DNA of 64,000 nucleotides from Dictyostelium discoideum (lineage: Eukaryota), in contig CM000151.3 of NCBI GenBank assembly GCA_000004695.1, positions 1,920,001-1,984,000 on the forward strand, written 5' to 3'. Positions 54,453 through 64,000 of the stretch are shown in pieces. The notes under the pieces were generated by a model. That model was given only the letters and a program-made list of their open reading frames with translations. It was not told where the DNA came from and made no database searches. Each line of letters opens with the position of its first letter. The stretch's first letter is position 1. A program made the translations under genes and the position numbers.

Positions 54453-55094
54453 CCATCACCAACATCTTCAACTACATCATCAAATGGCTCATCACCTAAT
54501 AATGGAAATTCTCCAAATCATGGTTCATCATCACCTAATAATAATAATAATAATAACAATAATAACAATAATAACAATAATGTATCATCTAATACTTCAT
54601 CATCATCATCCTCTTCATCGCCACATTCATCATCATCACCAACTAATTGCCCATCGACTTTACCTCATGGAGTTGATCCATGTAATCAATGTTCACCAAA
54701 TGGGTCACCAAAATATTCAGATATTGATTTCGATAAAATCACAAAAAAAAGAAAAAGCAATATAAAAAGTTTAATTGAACTTTGTTTATCCGAAAATAGA
54801 AAAGTTCAATCATCTGCATTAAGATTATTATGGCATTTATCTGCACAAGGTATTTTTTAAAAAATTAAAAAAAACAATTTCTAAAAATAATAATAATAAT
54901 TTACTAATTTAATTTTTTTCTTTTCTATAATTAATTTAGCTGATTTAAAAGTTTTATTATTTGAAGAAGGTGTTTTAGATAAATTAAAATCGTTAATGTT
55001 TAGTGATTTTGAAAAATATAATATTAATAATAATAATAATAATAATAGTAAATACCCCAATAATAATAATAACAATAATAATAATAATAATAAC

Positions 55095-55137
<43 letters not shown>

Positions 55138-56440
55138 GTGGTTCAACATCACCAACAGATATTGCAAATGAAAGACAAATCAATGTACATAGAACAGATG
55201 TTCAATTAGCATCATCAGCAATTTTACAGAATATAACAGAATTTAGATTTGAAAAAGGTGAAATTAATCCAAACCAAGTGAAGATCGTTAATGAAGGTAT
55301 AGTTGATTTAATTCTAATACCAAGATCCAAGAGTACAGATAAAAGAGTTCAATTCTTAACAACACTCACTATTGCAAACTTATCAATGAATGATGAAAAT
55401 CATACAGCACTTACAAAATCAAAAGCATTTGATGTGGTTGAAGCATTTGTAACTTCAAATTCTTTACATATGGATTTAGTTTGTCATTGGATAACTTTAC
55501 AACCTCATATACCTTTATTACATTCAAAATATCATCAAGTTCAATTATTTGCATTATATTGTCTATATAATTTAATAAGGAATGGTATGAATTATTTAAG
55601 TAATTTAATTATATTTTTTAAAAAACAAAAAGCATATTTGCTAATTTATTTTTATTTTATTTTTAAAAAGAACAATATAAAGTTGAAGTTTGGAAAGGAT
55701 TAAGTGTAAATAATGGTGTACAAAGTATTTTCATTTTATTACATTCAATGCATCCAAAAGTTGTTGAATTAGCAAAAAAGATAGCAGATCAATTACAGAT
55801 TGAAGAACCATCAGTCACTGTGAATACAACAAAGATTGGTACAGATTTGAAAAAGTTATTTAATAATCAAGAATATTCAGATGTTATATTCACATGTGAA
55901 GGAAAGAAATTGTATGCACATAAAGCGATTTGTGCATCGAGATGCGAACAATTGAGAGCAATGTTCACTTGGGGTAAGGAATCAAAAGAACAAGATATCA
56001 ATCTACCACATACACCCTACTGTGCGATGTATGGTGTGTTAGAGTACATCTATTGTGGTCAAGCTACTATCACTTGGGAGAATGCATGTGATCTATTGCA
56101 ATGGGCTGATTTCTTTTCTTTGGCTGGTTTAAAAAGTAGTTGTGAATTTTATTTATGGCATTATATTGATTTAGAGAATGCTCCTATCATTTTGACTGTA
56201 GCTGATCGTTATCGTTGTACTCAATTAAGAAATGTAGCCGCTAACTTTGTTCTTAGAAATTGGGATAAAATTAAAGATTTTGACGTTTGGATAAATCAAG
56301 TCACTGTTGATGTTAAAAATTATATCTCTGAAAGAATTTATTCTTTAATAACTTGTTCTTGTGGTTGTATTTGTAGTTGTGTTGATGATGCTAAAAATAA
56401 TAATGCAAATTCTCCTTCTCAAATTGTTGATGAAAATTAA
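54054..56440 (+). CDS. Armadillo-repeat + BTB/POZ domain protein (ARMC5/ARIA-like), four exons (54054..54103, 54251..54849, 54940..55584, 55671..56440).
   Basis: ARM-like segments: SALRLLWHLSAQ, ASSAILQNITEF and LTTLTIANLSMNDENHTALTKSKAFDVVEAFV. BTB: EYSDVIFTCEGKKLYAHKAICASRCEQLRAMFTWG. Donors are GTAAGA, GTATTT and GTATGA; acceptors are TTATTAG, TTTAG and AAAAAG. The phases (2, 1, 1) all restore the frame across the four ORF pieces listed in the six-frame track. Confidence 0.75.
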
Positions 56441-56498
56441 ATCAATTAATTAAAAATAATAATCAAAATCATAATCAAAATCATATAATCATAATCAT

Positions 56499-56535
<37 letters not shown>

Positions 56536-56952
56536 AAAAAAAAAAAAAAAAAATAAAAAAAAATAAAAAAGAAATAAATAATCATTGAAATTTATAATTG
56601 TTTAAACATTAAATTAAAATGAAATAAAATAAATAAAAAAAATAAATTAAAACTTTATTTAAAAAAAAAATACCAATAGGAGGAAGTCGACTTCCTAATG
56701 CTTTTATTTATAATATTATTAGTTTCTAATGTGTCCATAACCTGATAATTGTTTTTTTTTAAAAACTAAATAAAAAAAAAAAAAAAGTTAAAAAATAATA
56801 TCTCAATTTTGAGACATTAAATATCTTTTTTTTAATTTTTTTTATTTTTTTTTTATATTTTTTTTTTTTTGATTATCTTTTTTTTTTTTCATTTTTTATT
56901 TTCAATTTTTTTTTTTTTTTTTTTTTTAAAAACAATAAGAATACATAAAGAA

Positions 56953-57520
56953 ATGAATGAAGATTTAACAAAATTAAAGAGAGAAATCATACAACAACAA
57001 CCAATGGATTATAACGAAATTTTATTTTGGAAAGTTTTTAAAAATAATTTTTTAAAAAGACAAATCTTTTATTTAATGTTGAATATGGATATTGAATTTC
57101 AAAATCATTCAAAATATTTTACTGAAAATAGAATTAAATTTGAGAATGTTTACTCATTTAAATGGATGATAAAAAATAATTTATTAGATTTAATAAAATT
57201 TAAATTGGAAAAAAACCAATATATTGATATTAGAAATAGTGATATCTGTAATTTCATTAAATCTGTCAAAATCCTCGGTGGACCTTCAAAAATAACAAAT
57301 AATCATTTAATTATCTTTAAATTATTAATTAATCAATACCAAATTCTATTTGAAAATCAACATGTTAGATTATTAGTAAGACTTGATAATCATCAATTTT
57401 TACAAATACTATTATCAGAATCAATTAAAAAATTTAAAATCACTTCAAGTCATATTTCATTTTCAATTAAAAAATGTTCAACATTAACATTAGATTTATT
57501 AAATAAATATATAAATAAAG

Positions 57521-57615
<95 letters not shown>

Positions 57616-60006
57616 TATATTAATAATGATAAAGATAAAATAATAACAAATTATATTAAAACCAACTCAATAGAATGGTGCTTACAATATAATAATAATG
57701 ATAAAGATAGTATGATATCATACATTTTGGAAAATAAAATTTTTTTATATAATCAATATGGGTTTCATAATTATTATAAATATGATTTAGAAATTTTTGT
57801 AGTAAATAATGATAAAGCGTACAATTTAAATCAATGTATCCCAACAACAACAGCAACTGAAGAAGTTACAACAATGGTAAAAGAATTGGAAATTAATTCA
57901 AAAATTAGTGATTATGAAAAAATAAAACAATTTATTAAATCAATTGTTAAAAAGGAAAATTCAATGAAATTATATAGTTTTTATTATTTTAAATATTATG
58001 AATTAATTGAAAAGGATGATGATTTTAAAGGTTTTAATGATAGTGGATTCTTAAGATTAAATACAGTTGGAATATTAAATAAAATTGATAATTTAATTAT
58101 TGATTTAAAAAATAATAAAATTAATACCAATGATATTATTAATTTTATTATTAAATTTTTAAATGAAATTAAATGGAATAATTGGAGAAAGAATAAAGTT
58201 TTATTAAATAGAATTAGAATTTTAATATTTGAAATTGTTAATGATAATAAAGAACTATATGAAAAATCAATAACTAAATTAAAACAATCATTAAACATTC
58301 AATTATATAATTTATTTGAATTTCCTAAAGAATGGAATTCGAATATGATTTCATTAACAATTGAACCAATGAAAAGTAATGACATTTTATTAATGGATAA
58401 AAATAATTATTGGTTAAATGCTATTGATCGTATAAATAATAATAATAGTAATAAAAGTATTGCAACACCATTTATAATAGAATTAAAAAAGAAATTATGG
58501 AAAAATTTAATAGCATTTGATCAAGATGAAAAAATAAATAAAATAAACAATAAAAACAATGTTAAAATTAATAATAATAATAATAAAAATAATAATTTTA
58601 ATTTATATGAACGTTTTCAAAATGAAAATAATCAAAAAGAAAATTTAAAATTCAAAAGTACAATTATAAATTTTAGTCAATTTTTAGATATATCAAATCC
58701 ATTTCCCCTTGAAACTGATATAAAAGAATCATTTGAAACTATCTTTGAATCAATTAATGAATTTGATATTACAAAAATTAAATCAGTAATTAATTCAATC
58801 GATATCTTTTCACCACCAATCTCAAGACAATTCTCAAGATCATGGGAAGCATTTATAAAGAAATTTTTTAATAATCAATTTGAATTAATACAAGACGATG
58901 ATCAACTTGAAATTGTAAAGAATTATTTAAAATTTTGGTTAACTTTAAATCCAAAAATCGTTAAAAAAACATCATCATCATCATCAACAACAGCAACAAC
59001 AACAACAGCAATATCAACAAAACCAAAAAGACCAACAAGACCACTACCAAATTATCAATTTATAATTAATTATTTATTTAAAATTTTGATTAAATTTAAA
59101 GGTATTTCAATTTCAGAATTAATTGAAATTAAAAATCAAATTAAAAAGAAATCAATTTTATTGGAAAATTCAGTTTATCATATTGGATTCTATTTAAATT
59201 TTAAATCTTCAAAATATTTTGCATATTTTAAAAATGATTCACTTTTAGGAAATAAAGCAAATTTAAATGATTTAAATAAAATTTGTACATTTGAATTTAT
59301 ATTTGAAGAAGGTAGATCATTTGATGAAATATTAGAAACAATTATAATCAATAGTACATCAATAACTGATAATACAATCAACTACCTAATTAATATAAAT
59401 AGAATTAAATTATTTAGAAAATATTTCCCAATTTATTTAAAAAATGACAGATATTTCATTTTTAATGAACTTTTACAAATTGGTTTTACCCTTTTAAAAA
59501 AGTTAATTAATTATAGTACAAATTTAGAATATATTCAATCCAATTTAAATGAATATTTACAACAAATTGAATTAAAAGTATTGGATAATAAAATTGATAT
59601 TATAATTTTTAAGAAAATTTTAAGTAATATTTTAGGTTATTCAATAATTTTAAATAGAAAAGATATAGTTTCATTCATTATAAATCAATATAATATAAAG
59701 GAAATTTCAAATGATTTTACTTATTGGAATAATTATCCAATGATTGAATATATTTGTGAAAATCATCCAAATGTTGATATTTCAAAACCTTTTCAAACTG
59801 CCTTTGATAATAGTTTACCATTTCTTTCAAAATCAATACCAATCTTTGATATCCTTATAAAGTATAAACCATCTTTATTCATAATTACACCTTATAATTT
59901 AAACAATGCAATTTCATCCAAAGATTATTATATTTTAAATTATTATTTTAAAAAAGGTTATTTACATAAAGATGAAGATGGTAATTTTAAATTAATAAAA
60001 AATTAA
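56953..60006 (+). CDS. Member D of the LFWKVF-motif paralog family (about 1017 aa).
   Basis: The ORF reported from 56869 begins in a poly-T tract (MIIFFFFHFLF...). The realistic start is the in-frame ATG at 56953 (MNEDLTKLKREIIQQQPMDYNEILFWKVFKNNFLKRQIFYLM...FKWMIKNNLLDLIKFKL). There is an (AAT)n poly-N tract at 57530-57615. Confidence 0.65.
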
Positions 60007-60097
60007 TAGAAAATAAAAAAATAAAATAAAATAAATAAATTTAATTCAAATATTTTGTTTTTATTAATATTATTTTGATTTTTTTTTTTTTTTTTTT

Positions 60098-60997
60098 TTA
60101 ATCTAATTTAAAATTTGAATTTTTTAAATATTCTCCAAATGTTGTGAATTTTGTAATTTTTGAAGCAATTGATTGATCTAAATCATTGAATACACCAAAT
60201 TCATTGTAAAATTCAAACATTGAAGCTAAATCATTAGCATTTGGGAATCCAAATGTACGGAATATTGAAGGTGGTATAAATTTGAATGTAACAGATTTAC
60301 CAGATACTTTGGAGAAGATATTGGCAATTTCAGGACCAGAAAGAGCTCCACCAGAGAATGGTACAACAACACCAGAATATTTATTTTCATTTAATAGGAT
60401 TTCACATACTATTGCACCGATATTATCAACATCACCCATATCCATTGGTTTGCCATTTGATGGTAAAGAGATTGTATAACCACCATCACCATTTTCATTC
60501 TTTTTTGGTACGAATGATTTAAAATTTTGATAATAAAATGGTGCATAAACGAATGAACTGATAAATGATGGATTGGATTCAGATAATTCTCTAACATATT
60601 CTTCAACTAAATATTTTTGGTCAAAATGTGGTACGATGATACGACCATTTGAAATCTTATTACATGGAGGAAGACCACTGAATACAAAGTGTTTAACACC
60701 AGCACCGAATGCAGCATCAGCTATCTTTTTACCAACATCGGTTTCATTTTGTGCAAAAGCAATTGTTAAAGCAAATACAGCATCACTACCTTTTAAAACT
60801 TCTTGAATAGCTTCTTTTGAATCGGTATCATTTGATTTTACAACTTCAGCTCCCAACTCTTTTAATGATTTTGATGCTTCACTACTTGGATCTCTTGTTA
60901 ATGCACGAACTTTAAAATTACCATTTTTTAATAATTCCCTAACAACTGAACTACCTTGTTGACCTGTTGCTCCAAAAACTGTAACTAATTTTGTCAT
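60098..60997 (-). CDS. NmrA-like family NAD(P)-binding Rossmann-fold protein (299 aa).
   Basis: N-terminal MTKLVTVFGATGQQGSSVVRELLKNGNFKVRALTRDPSS is the classic NmrA / isoflavone-reductase-like GxTGxxG dinucleotide-binding start. Single uninterrupted ORF with typical length. Confidence 0.85.
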   Translation of the reverse strand: MTKLVTVFGATGQQGSSVVRELLKNGNFKVRALTRDPSSEASKSLKELGAEVVKSNDTDSKEAIQEVLKGSDAVFALTIAFAQNETDVGKKIADAAFGAGVKHFVFSGLPPCNKISNGRIIVPHFDQKYLVEEYVRELSESNPSFISSFVYAPFYYQNFKSFVPKKNENGDGGYTISLPSNGKPMDMGDVDNIGAIVCEILLNENKYSGVVVPFSGGALSGPEIANIFSKVSGKSVTFKFIPPSIFRTFGFPNANDLASMFEFYNEFGVFNDLDQSIASKITKFTTFGEYLKNSNFKLD

Positions 60998-61005
60998 TTT
61001 TTTTA

Positions 61006-61036
<31 letters not shown>

Positions 61037-61256
61037 CTATTTTATTAATGCTTTATTTTAAATAATAATAAAAATAATAATAAAATTTTTTAGTTTTTAT
61101 AGTTTTTTTTTTTTCAGTCAAATATATTAAAATATGTGTCAGCATCTTAGAACCATTTCAAAAAAAAAAATTTATGGGTTTACAAAGAAGGAGTAATCGA
61201 AAACAAAATGAGAAATAAAAAAAATAAAAAAAAAAAAAAGATATTTTTGGAAAATA

Positions 61257-61330
61257 AAAAATTAGGTGTTGAAATTTTTCAAAAAAATGTCCCACTAATC
61301 CAAAACACCATTTTCCGACACCTAATTTTT
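61257..61330. other. Imperfect inverted repeat (15-nt arms aaaaattaggtgttg / cgacacctaattttt with 1 mismatch, 44-nt spacer). It lies between the 3' end of the 61430 gene and the promoter of the NmrA-like gene.
   Basis: Direct reading of 61257-61271 against the reverse complement of 61316-61330. Confidence 0.6.
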
Positions 61331-61429
61331 TATTCACATTTTTAAAAATGTTCTAAAAATAAAGTTTTTTTTTTATTTTTATTTTTCATATAATTTAAAT
61401 ATATTTATATTTTAAAAAGATTATTATTT

Positions 61430-63155
61430 TTATTTTATTTTATTTTTTTCTAATTTTTGTTTTTTAAGTGGTTGATCTTTAATTTCAGCATTACTGGCTG
61501 ATGTAGTTTCAGTTGGGGTTGTACTTGAGGTACTTGGTGCAGTACTAGTATTAGTAGTTGAAGTTGATGTTGTATCATTTTGTTGCTCTTGTTTTTGTTG
61601 TTGCTCTTGATGTGGTTGTTGTGGTTGTTGTGGTTGTTGTGGTTGTTGTGGTTGTTGTGGTTGTTGTTGTGTTTGTTGCTCTTGTTGTGGTTGTTGCTCT
61701 TGTTGTGGTTGTTGCTCTTGTTTCTCTTGTTGTAGTTGTTGTGGTTGTTGTGGTTGTTGTTGTGGTTGCTCTTGTTGTTGTGGTTGTTGTGGTTGTTGTG
61801 GTTGTTGTTGTGGTTATTGTTGTGGTTGTTGTTGTGGTTGTTGTTGTGTTTGTTGTTCTTTATTACCTTGATTTAATTTAATTGGTTTATATGGAGTAGT
61901 TGGAGTTAAAATTATACAAGCTCTATGATATAATTTTTCATATTCACTACCTTCATTACCGGTTTTCTCAGTAACTAACTTTTTATAAGATGGAGTACCT
62001 TTTAATGAGCCAACAACTACTTCAACAGGTACCTACCACCTATTTGACCACCCCCAAATTACACATTTCTCCACAATAAATGGAATAAGATACACATTCC
62101 TTAGTTTCACCCAAGTCAGAACTAGGAATATCACTTACACAAGCACGATCTTCATATAAAGTACCTTCCTCAGTGATATGAATAATACCTAATGTAACTT
62201 GAACTGATAATTTTGATTTAATTGAATCGAAAAAACTTGTAAGTACTATATCCCTATTTTTCAATTTCTTGAATCCAAAACTAGCAGGTGGATAACTCTG
62301 ATCAAGTACTAAGAAAAGTGATGAATTTATTTGATTATTTCTTTGTTTTTTTTCAAAATATTCAATAATACCCTCCTCAATAGTTGGTATAATTTTATTT
62401 GATTTAATAATTGATCCAATATCTATAGTTGTTGATGTGGAAGAATCAGATTTAATTAAATTATAAACTAAACATATACGTGTTCCCTCTGTAATTTCTT
62501 TAACTTCATGTTCGCAATCTGCATAGAATGCACAATATTTAATTGTTTTATTGGCACTTTCACCACTACCACTACCAACACCACTAATATTACTACTATC
62601 ATCCATTGATACTTTTACTTCATTACCTGAATGTCTAATATATAAATCACCACCTAAATGAGATGAAGGTAAATTTACAACTAATGTACCAAACATTTTA
62701 TCTTCTTTTTCTGTATCTTTATGTGATAAAAAGAATGATCCTTTATTATAAATTAATAGTTTATATAGGTTTGCTTTAACTTTATCCTTTTTAGCTAACC
62801 CTAAATCTGAGCATACACTTGGTAAAATATATTCTGAAACTATTTTATTGATTATAGTTGGTGTTTTTAATATTTTTGGATCCATTTGCCATACTTTTCT
62901 AACATTAGTATCTACAATGGTTTGTTCACCTTTACCAAATGGTGCTAGTTCACATTTTTCAATTATTTTTTCAATTGATTCATAAGTAACTGGAAATTAT
63001 AATTTAGGACCTTTCTTAACTTCAATATTTGGTATAACTTCACGAACAATTGAACCACTTGAATAATATGAACCAAATGATTCAATATTTTCAGGACTTT
63101 TTGAAACTTTTTGATTCAATTCTATATCACTTAATTCACTTAATTTTGAAATCAT
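61430..63155 (-). CDS. 2-oxoglutarate/Fe(II)-dependent dioxygenase-like protein with a long poly-Gln/Pro-Gln C-terminal extension. As sequenced, the frame contains an in-frame TAA (plus 62997..62999) and a frame discontinuity at 62033..62062.
   Basis: Starts MISKLSELSDIELNQK at 63155. Core: SFFLSHKDTEKEDKMFGTLVVNLPSSHLGGDLYIRH...KYCAFYADCEHEVKEITEGTRICLVYNL, i.e. an HxD...H...R facial-triad pattern typical of Fe/2OG oxygenases. After ...CGEMC the protein continues in frame only if the 30-nt segment gtaatttgggggtggtcaaataggtggtag is skipped: VPVEVVVGSLKGTPSYKKLVTEK...(QQP)n...TTNTSTAPSTSS...LEKNKIK*, with the stop at 61430-61432. Confidence 0.5.
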
Positions 63156-63283
63156 TTTATTTTATTTTTATTTTTATTTTTATTTTATTAAATTTTATTT
63201 TATTTTATTTTATTTTATTTTATTTCTATTGTAACTTAAACTAATTAAATTATTTATTTTTTATTTTTTATTTATTTATTTTT

Positions 63284-63342
<59 letters not shown>

Positions 63343-63839
63343 TTTTAATAAGATTGTTAATTATTCTATAATAATTTTTATTTTAATGTTTTTTTTAAAA
63401 TTAATAAATGTTGGTGGATGGGAAATTAAAAAATTAAATTATTTTTATGAATTTAGTCTTTGTAAAGACTGGAAAAATAAAAATAAAAATAAAAAAAAAA
63501 AAATAAAAAAAATAAAAAAAATCAATTTATTCTTTTTTCATCAAACCCGTTTACTTTGCTGCACTTCTTTTCTTTATTTAGTTTTAATTGATTAAATTTA
63601 TTTTTTTTTTTTTTTTTTTTTTAATCTTAAATTTTTTTTTTTTTTTTTGGATCATATTATTGAAATATCTCAAAAATTGAAAAAAAAAAAAAAAAAAAAA
63701 ATTAATAAAAATAAAAATAAATAAAAATAAAAAAAAACTTTTAAAAAAACGAAAAACGAATTTTTTTTTTTTTTTTTTTTCATTTTCCACAATTACCAAT
63801 AATAATTATTTCAAAACCGACATTGTAAAATATATAGAA

Positions 63840-64000
63840 ATGGCAAAAAAGAAAATAGAAAGCAGTGATGAAAGTAGTAGTAGTAGTGATGAAAGCAGCA
63901 GCAGTATTGAAGTAAAAAAGAATAAAAACAAAAAACCAGAAACTAAAATAAATTCATCAAAAAGAAAACATGAATCATCTTCTTCAGAATCTGAAGTAGA
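63840..64000 (+). CDS. 5' part of an acidic Ser-rich protein (Nopp140/SRP40-like composition). It continues beyond the window.
   Basis: ATG at 63840 in aaaATGgca context. The translation MAKKKIESSDESSSSSDESSSSIEVKKNKNKKPETKINSSKRKHESSSSESEV stays open to the window edge. Confidence 0.4.
   Translation, partial: MAKKKIESSDESSSSSDESSSSIEVKKNKNKKPETKINSSKRKHESSSSESEV

Noticed and set aside
56869-56952. N-terminal 28 codons of the reported ORF 56869..60006 (MIIFFFFHFLFSIFFFFFF...)
   Set aside because: This part lies in a poly-T promoter tract. The ORF finder also appears to accept non-ATG starts: several of its 'M' residues correspond to TTG. The first plausible ATG in good context is 56953.
61558-61881. 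Plus-strand 107-aa poly-Val ORF
   Set aside because: Antisense of the (CAA)n/(CCA)n poly-Gln/Pro tail of the minus-strand oxygenase-like gene.
62033-62062. Treating the 30-nt GT..AG segment as a bona fide annotated intron
   Set aside because: Its length and GC content are far outside the intron distribution in this window (71-250 nt, AT-rich, GTAAGT donors). It is reported as an anomaly rather than asserted as an intron.

Overview
This window is AT-rich (roughly 75-80% A+T) eukaryotic nuclear DNA with the hallmarks of a dictyostelid social amoeba, probably Dictyostelium discoideum or a close relative. Coding regions are about 65-70% AT with A/T-ending codons and embedded (AAT)n/(CAA)n tracts that encode poly-Asn/poly-Gln runs. 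Intergenic DNA is about 85-95% AT with homopolymer runs. Introns are short (about 70-250 bp), begin GTAAGT-like and end AG. It is not prokaryotic, so CRISPR, operon and IS-element logic does not apply. I found no tRNA or rRNA genes.

Gene content, in order (strand in brackets):
- Hsp70-like + vWA-domain gene (minus), running off the 5' edge of the window. It carries three reading-frame lesions and is probably a pseudogene.
- Two small lineage-specific ORFs (plus), followed by a truncated duplicate of the first one.
- A giant ~13.6 kb three-exon gene (plus) whose N-terminus matches the KICSTOR subunit SZT2.
- Four plus-strand members of a low-complexity paralog family that share a 'LFWKVF.N' N-terminal motif. 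One member is split by a single in-frame TAA.
- A K/E/N-rich coiled-coil ORF.
- A frameshifted acidic ORF pair.
- A three-exon membrane-anchored purple acid phosphatase (minus).
- A TALE-class homeobox gene (minus) with extreme poly-Asn/Gln content.
- Proteasome beta-6 subunit psmB1 (minus, 4 exons).
- A small PH-domain protein (plus, 4 exons).
- A RhoGAP (plus, 3 exons).
- An FHA + tandem-BRCT protein (plus, 2 exons).
- An armadillo + BTB/POZ protein (plus, 4 exons).
- An NmrA-like NAD(P)-binding protein (minus).
- A 2OG-Fe(II)-oxygenase-like gene with a poly-Gln tail (minus), containing an in-frame TAA and a 30-bp GC-rich frame break.
- A partial acidic Ser-rich ORF at the right edge.

Noteworthy non-genic structure:
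- A tandemly duplicated motif array in a divergent promoter.
- A perfect 30-bp palindrome.
- A 74-bp imperfect inverted repeat.
- A 2.7-kb ORF-free region with G-box-like GT/G-rich islands.
- Many coding and non-coding microsatellites.

The most unusual pattern is that all three internal nonsense codons in the window are TAA in a context where TTA (Leu) would restore a sensible protein. One further gene carries a homopolymer frameshift.

Coordinates of splice junctions were derived by hand and may be off by 1-2 nt.
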